DNA of 64,000 bases. Source: Methanobacteriota archaeon. Lineage in GTDB: Archaea; Halobacteriota; Methanomicrobia; Methanomicrobiales; Methanoculleaceae. Shown here in pieces: positions 49,200 to 60,167 of the stretch. A model generated the notes under the pieces. The model searched no databases and had not been told where the DNA came from. It was given only the letters and a program-made list of their open reading frames with translations. Numbering within the stretch: the first letter of the stretch is position 1; every line of letters starts with the position of its first letter. The position numbers were made by a program, and so were the translations under genes. The stretch lies in NCBI GenBank assembly GCA_030446015.1, contig JASUSO010000002.1:1925-65924 (forward strand), in the 5' to 3' direction.

Positions 49200-50072
49200 C
49201 TACCGCTCAACCGCGAGCCCGAGGATCTCGGTTGCCCCGGTGAAGACGTCGCGGGCGATCCGGGCAAGCCCCCGTGAGGCGCACCACTCGTCGTAGACGG
49301 TGACGTTGCGGGAGAGGAGTTCCTCCACCTGTGGAGCGATGGCGGGGGCCATGGTGCCGGCGAGGGCAACCTTCGCACCGGGGTTGAGGAGGAGCATCGA
49401 GGCGCACTCCATCGCGGCAAACATGGCTATCGTCTCTACGCGCAGATCGGGAGACATCGTGTTGTTCACGCCCGCCTGGAGAAAAGCGTCGTTCGCCGTC
49501 GACTCGCCCCGGTCGATCCGGCGGATGGCGTCGACGTCGAGGGCGCCGTGCCGGGTGCCGGGAGCGAAGATGCAGGCATCGAACGCTCCGGTGATACGCC
49601 CGCCGGTCACGAGGAGAGTGACGGTATTCGAGCTCGAGTCGCAGACGACGACGTCCCCCCCGAGGTCATGCACGACCTCGTACAGGATCCCGATCTTCTC
49701 GGGGCTCGTCTGGTGGGAGTAGGCCTTGAACCGCGGGTCGGTTGGAGATCCGCGGTGCAGCCCGGGGATGACGACGGCGGGAAGGCCGCTCTCTTTGATC
49801 GCGTCGTAGACCCGGGTGCCGCCGCCGATGTGCTTGCCGGCGCCCTCCCGGGAGACGACGCCGCGGTTTTCGACGTTTCGGATATCGGTTATGGCCGAGA
49901 TGCCGTCGCCCATCGAGTAGCAGACGGCAATACCCTCGATCTCGTCGAGCGGAGCGAGGCGGGCAAGATCTTCTGCCGAGAAGTCCCTGGCCTCTTCCCG
50001 GGAGATCTTGAACTCCGCATCCCCGCTTGAGAAGCGCATCGCGGTGGTGCCGTGATCGATGCCGATGAACAT
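49200..50072 (-). CDS. Methanogenesis marker protein 12 (ASKHA fold)
   Basis: MFIGIDHGTTAMRF, YSMGDG, GGGTRV and SPEK motifs. Confidence 0.82.
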   Translation of the reverse strand: MFIGIDHGTTAMRFSSGDAEFKISREEARDFSAEDLARLAPLDEIEGIAVCYSMGDGISAITDIRNVENRGVVSREGAGKHIGGGTRVYDAIKESGLPAVVIPGLHRGSPTDPRFKAYSHQTSPEKIGILYEVVHDLGGDVVVCDSSSNTVTLLVTGGRITGAFDACIFAPGTRHGALDVDAIRRIDRGESTANDAFLQAGVNNTMSPDLRVETIAMFAAMECASMLLLNPGAKVALAGTMAPAIAPQVEELLSRNVTVYDEWCASRGLARIARDVFTGATEILGLAVER

Positions 50073-50138
50073 GATATACCCCGTTGCACCCGAAAAAGGA
50101 AGTAAGTTTTTGGATCGGTTCGCCTGACGAGGCGTAAT

Positions 50139-51014
50139 TCAGGCCGTGCCGGCCCCATACCGTCTCTTTGCGTACTCGAACGCGCCGATAACGACGAGGC
50201 CGGCAATGAAGAATAGCCAGCCGCCGGCAAGCATATCCCCGGCCGCGGCACCCCTCTCCCAGAGCATCCTTGACGAACCGAGCATCAGGCCGGTGAGCAG
50301 GGCGAGCATCGCCGCGTGGTGGGCCGCGAGGAGGTACTTGAGGGCCTTCGTGAAGAGGAGGAGCCCGGCAACGCCCCCGGCAATGTAGGCCAGGATCTCA
50401 GGGAGCATGAACGACCGGAGCGCCGCAAGCATGAACTCGTACTGGTTGAGGACGAGGGTGATGTAGGCTCCCGAGATTCCGGGGAGGATCATGGCGCAGA
50501 GCGCCGCCATTCCAGTGAAGAAGAGGACCGGGAGGGAGTGGCCGAGATCGAGGTGGCCGAGGCCCCCGAGGAGGTAGCCGGCGACGGCCCCGACGGCGAG
50601 GAAGGCGACGGTGGCCGCGTTCGGAGAGCGGATCTCAAGGAATATGGCTACCGCAGAGGCGATAATGAGACCGAGGAAGAAGGAGTAGGTCTCCACCGCG
50701 TGGTTGGTGAGGAGCGAGAGGATCACTCCGGACATCAGGAGGAAGGCGGTGCCGATACCGGCCAGGAGGACGACGAGGAACGGGATGTCGATCTTCTCAA
50801 TATCCGCCCGAAGAGACCTGAAGTCCCCCTTCACGAGGTGTTTTACCATGGCAGGGTCGATGCTGCCGATGGCACCGACCAGCCGTTCGTAGATCCCGGT
50901 GATGAGGGCGATCGTCCCTCCGGAGACGCCGGGGATGATGTCGCACGCCCCCATCGCGAGACCGCGGAGATAGATCCCCGTGTACTCCCGTAGACCATCC
51001 GGACGCAGGCTCAT
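50139..51014 (-). CDS. DUF368 membrane protein (putative polyprenyl-phosphate transporter, PopT-like)
   Basis: Two repeats: IIPGVSGGTIALITGIY and ILPGISGAYI. Confidence 0.85.
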   Translation of the reverse strand: MSLRPDGLREYTGIYLRGLAMGACDIIPGVSGGTIALITGIYERLVGAIGSIDPAMVKHLVKGDFRSLRADIEKIDIPFLVVLLAGIGTAFLLMSGVILSLLTNHAVETYSFFLGLIIASAVAIFLEIRSPNAATVAFLAVGAVAGYLLGGLGHLDLGHSLPVLFFTGMAALCAMILPGISGAYITLVLNQYEFMLAALRSFMLPEILAYIAGGVAGLLLFTKALKYLLAAHHAAMLALLTGLMLGSSRMLWERGAAAGDMLAGGWLFFIAGLVVIGAFEYAKRRYGAGTA

Positions 51015-51290
51015 CGTCCGGCTCCGTTCCGGGCATCGGCCAACACGTACATCCGGCTCTGCAGGCTGACGACGGCGGAAAGCCGCCCGGGTCTCCAACA
51101 GGTGCATACCTCTCTCAATCGGACAACTCCTTGTGATTCATCATATGTCGGGGGCAACCGTGAAAAATCTGCCCCGGGCGAAGGGATCGTATCGTGGAGT
51201 GAACCGCATACGGGCATTAACTTTTCTCCGGTCCCGACTCCCCCGCTCCACCCATAAGTAAATCCTATAGCGTGAGAGGAAGATTACTCT

Positions 51291-52223
51291 ATGATGTTCT
51301 GTATCGTAACGGGCGGTGCCGGGTTCATCGGTTCGCACGTCGTCGACGCGCTGGTCGCGGCAGGAGACGACGTGCTGGTCATCGACGACTGCAGTGCGGG
51401 CACCGAGGCGAACCTCGCGCACCACGCGGCGGGCGGGAAGGTCACCATCGTCAGGCAGAACTTGCTCGACGACGGGTGGCAGGAACGATTTTTGGGCGCA
51501 GACCGGGTCTACCATCTCGCTGCCGACCCCGATGTCCGGCAGAGCGCCGTGACGCCGGACTCCCAGATCAGGAACAACATCGTTGCGACGCACCGGGTGC
51601 TCGAGGCGATGCGGGCTCACGGCGTGCCGGAACTGGTCTTCACCTCGACCTCGACCGTCTACGGCGATGCCACTGTCATCCCCACGCCGGAGACCTACAC
51701 GCCGCTCGAACCGATATCCGTCTACGGTGCGACGAAACTCGCCTGCGAGGCGCTGATATCGTCCTACTGCCACTCGTTTGAGATGACATCGTGGATCTAC
51801 CGGTTCGCAAATATCATCGGCGCGCGAAGCGGACACGGGGTCATCACCGACTTCATCAGGAAACTGCGCGAGAATCCGCAGGAACTCGAGATCCTCGGCG
51901 ACGGGAGGCAGACGAAGTCCTACCTGGAGGTCGGGGAGTGCGTCCGCGCCGTGCAGTTCGGGATCGAGCACTCCCACGACCCGGTGAACACCTTCAACAT
52001 CGGCTCCGAGGACTGGATCGACGTCGTCCGGATCGCCGATATCGTCACGGAGGAGATGGGGCTCTCCGGCGTCCGCTACCGGTTCACCGGCGGAGCACGG
52101 GGCTGGGTCGGTGACGTCCCGAAGATGCAGCTCTCGGTCGATAAACTCAAAGGTCTCGGGTGGCGGTGCGGGACAACCTCGGAAGAGAGCGTCCGGGCGG
52201 CGGTCCGCGCCATGCTCGGGTAA
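51291..52223 (+). CDS. NAD-dependent epimerase/dehydratase (UDP-glucose 4-epimerase-like)
   Basis: TGGAGFIGSH, STSTVYG and YGATK motifs. Confidence 0.88.
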   Translation: MMFCIVTGGAGFIGSHVVDALVAAGDDVLVIDDCSAGTEANLAHHAAGGKVTIVRQNLLDDGWQERFLGADRVYHLAADPDVRQSAVTPDSQIRNNIVATHRVLEAMRAHGVPELVFTSTSTVYGDATVIPTPETYTPLEPISVYGATKLACEALISSYCHSFEMTSWIYRFANIIGARSGHGVITDFIRKLRENPQELEILGDGRQTKSYLEVGECVRAVQFGIEHSHDPVNTFNIGSEDWIDVVRIADIVTEEMGLSGVRYRFTGGARGWVGDVPKMQLSVDKLKGLGWRCGTTSEESVRAAVRAMLG

Positions 52224-52279
52224 GGGCACGCCATCCCCACGGGAATTCAGGGATTACCAGGACTTGCACAAGGGTTCAG

Positions 52280-53437
52280 ATGAAGTACATCGTCATTCTC
52301 GGGGACGGCATGGCGGACGAGCCGCTTGCCGAGCTGGGGGGCAGGACGCCCCTCGAGTACGCAGAGAAACCGAATATGGATCGGATCGCCCGCGAGGGGC
52401 GGTGCGGGATGCTCCGGACGGTGCCCACAGGGTTCGAGCCGGGGAGCGACGTCGCGAACCTCTCGATCCTCGGCTACGACCCCCGCACCTCCTACACAGG
52501 GAGGGGGCCGCTCGAGGCTGCCAGCATGGGCATCGACCTCGGGGAGGGAGAGATGGCCTACCGGTGCAACCTGGTCGCGATCCGGGACGGCGTGATGGAG
52601 GACTTCAACGCCGGGCACATCTCGAGCGCCGAGGGCGCCGAACTCCTCTGCGACCTTGATGTGGCGCTCGGCGGCGATGCCCGGGTCTACCCGGGGATCA
52701 GCTACCGGAACCTGATGGTCGTCCCCGGCGCACGCGGCGCCGTCACCACCCCGCCCCACGACATCGTCGGTCAGCCGGTCACGGCGTTCCTCCCGCGCGG
52801 AGACGACGCGGAACTCCTCCTCGACTGCATGGAGCGGGCACGCGAAGTCTTTGCCGATCATCCGGTCAACCGGCGCCGCCTCGCCGAGGGAAAGACCCCG
52901 GCAACCGATATCTGGCCGTGGAGCGGCGGGAGGAGGCCGTCCATCGCACCCTTCCGCGAGAAGTACGGTCTTTCCGGGGGGGTAATCTCCGCGGTCGACC
53001 TCCTCTCCGGCATCGCCCGCCTCGCCGGGATGGAGGTGATCCACGTTCCCGGCGCCACAGGGTTCATCGACACCGACTACGAGGCGAAGGCGCGGTACGC
53101 GGTCGACGCCCTCGACCGTCTCGATTTCGTCTACATGCACGTCGAGGCCCCCGACGAGGCCGGGCACATGGGGAGCGTGGAGGAGAAGGTGCGGGCGATC
53201 GAGCGGCTCGACGAGGCGATCGGGATCGTCCTCGACCGCCCGGATACGACCGTCGCGGTCCTCCCCGACCACCCGACACCGATCCGGTGTAAGACCCACA
53301 CCGCTGACCCGGTGCCGTTCGCGGTGCTCGGGAAAGGAAGGGACGATGTTGCCGCGTTCTCCGAGCGCGAGGCGAAAGGCGGCTCGTTCGGGCTTCTGCA
53401 GGCCCCCGAGTTCCTCTCCATGCTCTTTTCGCCGTGA
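52280..53437 (+). CDS. apgM: Cofactor-independent phosphoglycerate mutase (archaeal type)
   Basis: GDGMAD, PGSDVANL, HVEAPDEAGH and PDHPTP motifs. Confidence 0.9.
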   Translation: MKYIVILGDGMADEPLAELGGRTPLEYAEKPNMDRIAREGRCGMLRTVPTGFEPGSDVANLSILGYDPRTSYTGRGPLEAASMGIDLGEGEMAYRCNLVAIRDGVMEDFNAGHISSAEGAELLCDLDVALGGDARVYPGISYRNLMVVPGARGAVTTPPHDIVGQPVTAFLPRGDDAELLLDCMERAREVFADHPVNRRRLAEGKTPATDIWPWSGGRRPSIAPFREKYGLSGGVISAVDLLSGIARLAGMEVIHVPGATGFIDTDYEAKARYAVDALDRLDFVYMHVEAPDEAGHMGSVEEKVRAIERLDEAIGIVLDRPDTTVAVLPDHPTPIRCKTHTADPVPFAVLGKGRDDVAAFSEREAKGGSFGLLQAPEFLSMLFSP

Positions 53438-53508
53438 GTCCCCCTGACTCGGGCGGATATCCCGGCACCATCTTTTTGTAGTCTCCGTACACAACGCTAC
53501 CCAAGGCT

Positions 53509-55056
53509 ATGGAACCCCTGACGGCAGACGGGATCGTCGAGAGGATACAGGAGATCGAGCAGGGCGTGGGAAGGCTCTCCCCGATGCAGAAGGTTCTCAT
53601 CGGGACCGACGGGTCGGTGACCGGCCTGCTCGAGATGGCGACCGGCCATCCGGTCACCATCACCACCCTGGTACAGGACGTCGTCGGCGCCGATACCGAG
53701 GCGGCGGCGGCACTCGATATCGAGCAGGGCGACGAGGTCAACTACCGCGTCGTTGAACTGAAAGACGGCGTAACGGGAGAGGTGCTCATCTATGCGGTCT
53801 CCTGCACCCCGCTCCGGCGGCTTGCACCGGAGTTCAGGCAGGATCTGATGCGGGCCGATATTCCCATCGGGAGGATCCTCCGCCGCCACCGGATAGAGTC
53901 GCGCCGGGAGATCACCGACGCCCGCGTCGTCCGCGCCGGCACGAAACTCGCCCGGACGTTCAACGTCCACCGGTGCGAACCGATGCTCTCGCGGAAATAC
54001 CGGATCATCCACCGCGAAGAGCCGCTGATCGCCATCGAGGAGATCTTCCCCTGCACGGCGTTCACCGACGAGATCAGGGTGCTCGTCGATGCTCCGTCCA
54101 GGATCCACATCACCCTGCTCGATATGAACGGCGCCTCGGGCAGGGTGGACGGCGGGGTCGGGGTCACCCTCGACGAGCCCGGATGCGTGCTCGACGCACG
54201 GAAAGCCACCGGGATCGAGGTTCGCGGCGGCGACGAGGAGTCGCGCAAGAGGGTTGCCGATGCGGCACGGGCGGCGAAGGAGACGCTCGGGCTTCCCGGG
54301 GGTGCGGAGATCGCCCTCCATGCCGCCGCACGGCAGCACGCGGGGCTCGGGAGCGGGACGCAGGTGGCTCTCGCCACGGCCGCCGCCCTCTGCCGGCTTT
54401 ACGAGCGGGACGTCTCCGTATGCGATCTCGCGAAGGCTGTCGGGCGCGGCGGGACGTCCGGCATCGGTACGGCGGCGTTCGAGCAGGGCGGGTTCATTCT
54501 GGACGGCGGGCACCGGTTCGGCTCTCCGGGGGGCAAGGACGATTTCCGCCCGTCGGCGGCGTCGCGGGGCGTCGCGCCCCCGCCGGTTCTCGCCCGGCAC
54601 CGGTTCCCGGAGGACTGGCGCATCCTGCTCGTCACGCCGGAGGTAAGCGCAGGGGCGCACGGGGGAAGGGAGGTGGACATCTTCCGCACCCACTGCCCGG
54701 TGCCGCTCGACGAAGTCCGCGAGGTCTGCCACGAGGTGCTCATGCGGATGATCCCGGGCATCGTCGAGCACGATCTCGACCTCTTCGGTTCGGCAATCAA
54801 CCGGACGCAGTCGCTCGGGTTCAAGAAGGTCGAGGTGGGGCTGCAGCACCCGGTCGTCTCCTCGCTCCTCGAGGCGACGGTGCAGGCCGGCGCCGCCGGA
54901 GCGGGCCTGAGCTCGTTCGGGCCGACGATCTACGCCGTCGGGGATTCCGGCATGCAGGATGTGGCCCGGGCGGCGAAGGAGGTGCTCGGCGACCGGGGAG
55001 GGTCGGTGCTCCTGACGCGGGCGAGGAACTCCGGCGCGAGCGTGCGGGCGGAGTGA
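53509..55056 (+). CDS. mptG: Fusion of a DUF98 chorismate-lyase-like domain and beta-RFAP synthase (GHMP fold)
   Basis: N-terminal TDGSVT...PIGRIL...IEEIFP; C-terminal PSRIHITL, HAGLGSGTQ, RGGTSGIG, DGGH and SSFGP motifs. Confidence 0.82.
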   Translation: MEPLTADGIVERIQEIEQGVGRLSPMQKVLIGTDGSVTGLLEMATGHPVTITTLVQDVVGADTEAAAALDIEQGDEVNYRVVELKDGVTGEVLIYAVSCTPLRRLAPEFRQDLMRADIPIGRILRRHRIESRREITDARVVRAGTKLARTFNVHRCEPMLSRKYRIIHREEPLIAIEEIFPCTAFTDEIRVLVDAPSRIHITLLDMNGASGRVDGGVGVTLDEPGCVLDARKATGIEVRGGDEESRKRVADAARAAKETLGLPGGAEIALHAAARQHAGLGSGTQVALATAAALCRLYERDVSVCDLAKAVGRGGTSGIGTAAFEQGGFILDGGHRFGSPGGKDDFRPSAASRGVAPPPVLARHRFPEDWRILLVTPEVSAGAHGGREVDIFRTHCPVPLDEVREVCHEVLMRMIPGIVEHDLDLFGSAINRTQSLGFKKVEVGLQHPVVSSLLEATVQAGAAGAGLSSFGPTIYAVGDSGMQDVARAAKEVLGDRGGSVLLTRARNSGASVRAE

Positions 55057-55197
55057 CGGGCGGCAGAGCCGCATCTGAAAGGAGCGGGGCGAAAACTCGG
55101 CCCAAATTGCGGCAACGGGCCGCGATCCGGCACCAATTTCCCCGGATCCAGCCCTCTTTAGAAATATTTTAATACTTGCACATTATCTCCGGCATGG

Positions 55198-56304
55198 ATG
55201 CCCTCACGCGCCGGGGATGCCGGGGACCGGCCGGCCTCTGGAGATCCCAAGACCAGCCGCACCGGTTCGGGGTATGCCCGCGAGTACCCGGTCGAGGGCG
55301 AGACGGCGCTGCCGGCTGTCTCGGTCGTCATCCCCCTCTATAACAAAGGCCCCTACATCGCCCGCGCCTTATACTCGGTCCTCAGCCAGACCTTCCAGGA
55401 CTTTGAGGTGATTGTGGTGGACGGCTCCACCGACAACGGGACGGAAGTTGTCAAGGGACTCGACGATCCCCGGATCCGGCTGCTCCGAGAGGTAAGCCGG
55501 GGGGTGTCGGCGGCGCGAAATCAGGGGATCGCGGAGGCCCGGGGTGAACTGGTTGCATTTCTGGACGCGGACGACGAATGGACGCCGCGGCATCTTGGAG
55601 CCCTGGTGAGACTGCAAGAGAAGTATCCACACGCAGGAGCATACGGGACGGCATACCTCTTGAAAGAGAATGAGTCGACGAACCGGGCGCCGTCATACAG
55701 TCCCGCCATACCCCCGGAGCCGTGGGAAGGGCTGCTCCCCAACTACTTCAGCGACGCCATCTCCGGCAGCCCGCCACTCTTGACATCGATCGTTGCCGTC
55801 CCGAGGTGCATCCTGAACGAGATGGGCGGGTTCGACACCAGCGCATGGTACGGAGAAGACGTGGACCTGTGGGGACGGATTGCCCTGAAGTATCCTGTCG
55901 CGTTCACCCGGGACGGTATGGGTATCTACCATACGGAAGCAGCGAATAGAGCCTGCAACAGAAGAGAGCCGATCCGGGAGCATGCCTTCGTAGCCTCTGC
56001 TCGAAATGCGTTGCAGGCGGGAGAGGTGCCGCCGGAGTTGACCGCGAGCGTTCTCGAGTTCGTCGCATCCAGGCAGATCCAGATCGCATGCCGCAACCTC
56101 GAAGCAGGCAGGCCCGACCTCGCGAGGAGCAATCTGAAGGGCTGCAGAACCCGGCGTCTCCGGAGATCCAGGTACCTGGCCCTGTTCAGGGCATACACTC
56201 CTTCCATGATATATCCTGCGTTGAGCAACTGGAGATCGAAGATAAAGGGCATCCCGGCAAGGAAGCCGGGGGTTGACACTCAGGATCGCGGTGCCCCCAG
56301 GTGA
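55198..56304 (+). CDS. GT2 family glycosyltransferase
   Basis: [24 protein letters not shown] and GEDVDLW motifs. Confidence 0.85.
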   Translation: MPSRAGDAGDRPASGDPKTSRTGSGYAREYPVEGETALPAVSVVIPLYNKGPYIARALYSVLSQTFQDFEVIVVDGSTDNGTEVVKGLDDPRIRLLREVSRGVSAARNQGIAEARGELVAFLDADDEWTPRHLGALVRLQEKYPHAGAYGTAYLLKENESTNRAPSYSPAIPPEPWEGLLPNYFSDAISGSPPLLTSIVAVPRCILNEMGGFDTSAWYGEDVDLWGRIALKYPVAFTRDGMGIYHTEAANRACNRREPIREHAFVASARNALQAGEVPPELTASVLEFVASRQIQIACRNLEAGRPDLARSNLKGCRTRRLRRSRYLALFRAYTPSMIYPALSNWRSKIKGIPARKPGVDTQDRGAPR

Positions 56305-56846
56305 TCGGGACGCTGCATGACGGCGTTATGGGCATTCAGGGGTATTTTTACGGATTGGCCTTCAGGAGCCGCTCCCACAAGCCACCGGATACAGCGAAGA
56401 GCAGACATGTTCGTCCCCCGGCTTTACGCCTCAGGCCAACCCAAGACTTGCCGCATTCTAGCCTGTATACGTAAAATGGCATCCTTTTCCGCTAGTCCCA
56501 TGGCTCTTCGAAAAACGGCGGATGCAATTGCCCGGGCCCATGTGGAACACCATCACCGCAGTTCTGGAACGAGGGCAGTCGTGCGGAAAGGGACCGGCAG
56601 GTGTTGTATGTGCTCCGACCGTTCGACGCCGCTCAGGTTGAGGGACCATCACCATGACCCGGCACCCCTTTGCCGTGAAAGCAGGTGGAAGAAGGATTGG
56701 AGCCGTCATCCAGGCATGATAGAGCGAGCCGATTGCGCCGACGAAGGCAGTGTCCGCGGAGGAGGACGATCTCCCGATCCGGCGGCACTACTCTTCACCG
56801 GCCGTCCTCAGGGTCCATAATCCCCGTCATCGCATCCCGGAGGGCA

Positions 56847-57947
56847 CTAACCCCCCCGATACGCCCGGATAATCTCGCGCGCTATCGCATCCCAGGACAG
56901 CTCACCCCTCATCTTATCATACGCATTCTGGCCCATCCGGTCAAGGAGTTGAGGGTTCTGGAGCAGGCTAATTATTGCCTCCGCCAGAAGGCCCGAGTCT
57001 TTTGGAGGAACAATTATACCGGTTTTACCGTTATCAACCACCTCAGGAATACTCCCGACGTCCGTCACAACAACAGGCTTCTTAAAAGCATACGCAATCG
57101 GTATAATTCCCGACTGGGATGCATCCACATACGGGAGGACAACGAACGCTGCTCTCTGGAAAAAACCGGCAACTTCCTCGTCAGGGATAAACCGGTTATG
57201 GATCTCATAGTGATCCTGATCAGCGAGAAGGCTGGTGTACTCAGAAAGATCCCCACTGCCCGCAATAACCACTTTTACATCGGGGATTACAGAAACAATC
57301 CTGGGAACAGCTTCAATAAGATAAGATAGCCCTTTGTAATATTGTATTGAACCAAAAAACAGAATGGACTTCTCGACTGTTACGTAGTCTTCTCCCCATT
57401 GAGCATAGTACGAATAGTCCCCATGTTTTATAACCCGGATTTTATGGTCGGGATATCCCTGGGATTTCAACGATTCTTTCTGCTGATTGCCGTGAACAAA
57501 TATCGCATCCGCAGTCCGTCTCGTCATTAGCCTGCAGATTCGGAAATTCAATCGCTTTAAGACCCTTTCTCCGGCGTGGAAAGCCGGATCATGTTCGGTG
57601 ACAAACCGCGGGCAACTTCCACTCCACTTGCATAAGTAGAACAACGCACCGACGATAGAATCTTCAAATGTAGCATGAATCGCATCGGGTTTTTCCTTCA
57701 AAATAATCTCAAGGATGCGACGATACATGAGTGGGTTAACCATATTTAAGAGCATCCGCGGATACGATGGAGCCATGGGTAACCTGACGACCTTTACAGC
57801 AGCATCGGGGAAATGCGATTCGGTATAGAGGTAATCCCCTAAGAGAACGGTAACCTCGTTACCTTCTTTCGCCAGCGCGTTCGCAAGTTGTGCATTATAC
57901 AACTGCGTCCCCCCGAGTCCGGTTAAGTGAACGAGAACAACCTTCAT
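56847..57947 (-). CDS. GT4 family glycosyltransferase (lower GC)
   Basis: FFGSIQYYKGL, PYVDASQSG and KPVVVTDVG motifs. Confidence 0.88.
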   Translation of the reverse strand: MKVVLVHLTGLGGTQLYNAQLANALAKEGNEVTVLLGDYLYTESHFPDAAVKVVRLPMAPSYPRMLLNMVNPLMYRRILEIILKEKPDAIHATFEDSIVGALFYLCKWSGSCPRFVTEHDPAFHAGERVLKRLNFRICRLMTRRTADAIFVHGNQQKESLKSQGYPDHKIRVIKHGDYSYYAQWGEDYVTVEKSILFFGSIQYYKGLSYLIEAVPRIVSVIPDVKVVIAGSGDLSEYTSLLADQDHYEIHNRFIPDEEVAGFFQRAAFVVLPYVDASQSGIIPIAYAFKKPVVVTDVGSIPEVVDNGKTGIIVPPKDSGLLAEAIISLLQNPQLLDRMGQNAYDKMRGELSWDAIAREIIRAYRGG

Positions 57948-58560
57948 GCATGTACCAGACCATTTTGCACTTCGGATCGCGCAATGATCTCAAGGTTTTT
58001 CGAAAGAGTCGACCATCGGTAACTACTTTCAACAATTTTCCTGCCACTACGGCCCATTTCCTTACGGAGATCCGGATTCTGGCACAATAAAAGCATCATC
58101 CTGGAATAATCCTCTGGAGTTGAGACAAATAGGACGTTATTCCCGAATATCTCCCGTATTGTATCAATGTACGTCGAGATAACCGGCACCTCACACGCAA
58201 AATATTCGAATAATTTCAGGGGAAGCGAGTTATTCGACACGTTGTCCGGCTTGAATGGAACTATTCCCACATCCATACACGATATATACTCAGGCACCTG
58301 TGAGTACGGAATTGCCCCGGTAAAGACAATATTTTCCAGCACCCCAATTTCTTTTGCCATCTTGACGGCATCCTCATATCCCACTCCCCCGCCCACAATA
58401 AGCAGTTTAATGTTCATTGCCGCTGCCAAGCGTTTGATAGCAATGAAAAGCGGCCGGAAATCCAGCCACTCCCTGAGGACGCCCACATGGCCGACAACAA
58501 AACAGTTCTCAAGGCCATACCTCGACCTGATATGGTCACATGGGCGGGGAGAAAACACTG
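57944..58560 (-). pseudogene. 5'-truncated GT4 glycosyltransferase (C-terminal domain only)
   Basis: C-terminal GT4 motifs (FTGAIPY, PLKLFEYFACEVPVIST) are present. Upstream of about 58560 the frame gives non-GT sequence and the N-terminal domain is missing. Confidence 0.7.
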
Positions 58561-59089
58561 GACGATGCCGACCGCTCACTCCGAGTAGAGCTGTCCTGCG
58601 CCTTCGCGGAAAAAACCCCACTATCGGCCTGATGAATATTCGAGGAGAGAAGAGTCGTTGCGGCATCAGTCCCCTGCTTCATCACCGATCAGTGGGGGTA
58701 ACTCTCATCATCTGCCGCCCGGCGATCCAGGTACATACTCGGTGCATAAGCAGTTAATGGTTCGGCATCATGAGCTCCACCGTTACCGGGGCCCGCACCA
58801 TGCCTCGCCGGGATTCCGGAGTTCCCGGGAAGCCGTATGTGTCGAGATAAGCATGCCGGGAGGCACGAACAGGGCAAAATATATATTGTCGCATCGCCTG
58901 TCTGGAACTCATCGTATCGGGGAGGGAAGGCAGTATTCACGATTACCCGTCCATGGCAGTTTCTCTCGCAGACGCCGGCAGGGTTCCATTGCTCCGGCTC
59001 GAGGGGAGGGGGGCCTTCAGATCGGCGATGAAGACCCGATCCGGGCCAGGATCTCCCGCCCCGAGCAAAGATTCTACAGGAGGAGAGGT

Positions 59090-60157
59090 GTGACATCGGT
59101 GCGGCTGCGAGCGGTCGGAGACGTGCTGCTCTGGATCAAGAACGGCAAGAGACCATTCGCCCTGGTCCAGCACGAACTTCGGCAGAAGGACCTGCTCTTC
59201 GGGAATCTGGAGACGGTGCTCTCCGAGAGCGGAACCGAGAGGAAGAAACGCTGGGTCAATACAACACCCCCGGCGGCGGGGGATTACCTCAAAGAGGCCG
59301 GGTTCGACATCCTCAGCGTGGCAAACAACCACACGCTCGATATGGGCCGGGAGGGATTTGAGAAGACACTCGAAGAGCTTGAAACCCGCGGCATCGCCTA
59401 CGTCGGAGGAGGAAGGGGCGATGAACGGCTCCCGGGGCTGATCGTCGAACGCAACGGGATCAGGTTCGGGTTCCTCGCATACACGACCGGGAGGTTCCGG
59501 CCGCCGCCGGGCGTCACCGTTGCCAAACTGAAGAAGAAGAACGTCATCGAAGACATCCGGGCGCTAAAGGAGCAGACCGATCACGTCGTCGTCTCCCTGC
59601 ACTGGGGGATCGAGAACACCTACTACCCCTCACCCGACCAGGTCCGGCTCGCCCACAACCTCATCGATGCGGGGGCGACCTTGATCCTCGGGCACCACTC
59701 GCACACCATCCAGGGAGTGGAGCGCTACAACGACGGCCTGATCGCGTATTCGCTCGGGAACTTCCAGTTCGACACCGAGATCTTCAAGGAGAAGGTCAAC
59801 AGTTCCATGATCCTCTCGGTGGACTTCGACCGGGACGGCATCCGCGACTACACGACCATTCCCTGTGTCATCAACAGCGACTTCCAGCCCGAGGTGGCGG
59901 AGGGGCGGACCAGGGAACTGGTGGAGCGCTGGATAGCAAGGTGCTCCGAGCGGGTGCGCAACGGGAACGTCACCAGAAAATGGTGGTTTGAGCAGATCGG
60001 CGAGGACTACCTGCTCTACAACCTGGAGAGTTACCGCTACCGGATCCGGCAGCACGGGATTGCACCCTTGATCGAGTGCGGGATCTGGCTGTTTACGCCG
60101 TTCTGCCTGAACTGCTACGCAGGTGTGATCCGGAAGCGGTTGAGACACGGAACATAG
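59090..60157 (+). CDS. CapA/PgsA-family metallophosphoesterase
   Basis: AVGD, GNLE, ANNHTLD, SLHWG, GHHSH and YSLGNF motifs. GTG start after AGGAGAG. Confidence 0.85.
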   Translation: MTSVRLRAVGDVLLWIKNGKRPFALVQHELRQKDLLFGNLETVLSESGTERKKRWVNTTPPAAGDYLKEAGFDILSVANNHTLDMGREGFEKTLEELETRGIAYVGGGRGDERLPGLIVERNGIRFGFLAYTTGRFRPPPGVTVAKLKKKNVIEDIRALKEQTDHVVVSLHWGIENTYYPSPDQVRLAHNLIDAGATLILGHHSHTIQGVERYNDGLIAYSLGNFQFDTEIFKEKVNSSMILSVDFDRDGIRDYTTIPCVINSDFQPEVAEGRTRELVERWIARCSERVRNGNVTRKWWFEQIGEDYLLYNLESYRYRIRQHGIAPLIECGIWLFTPFCLNCYAGVIRKRLRHGT

Positions 60158-60167
60158 GAGAATGTGA

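Noticed and set aside
56317-56820. 167-aa ORF between the GT2 and GT4 genes
   Set aside because: No motif or coding-like composition in any frame. Treated as non-coding or decayed sequence.
58658-59089. 144-aa N-terminal extension of CapA in the ORF track
   Set aside because: Non-homologous, Arg/Pro-rich translation. A good SD with a GTG start lies at 59081-59092.
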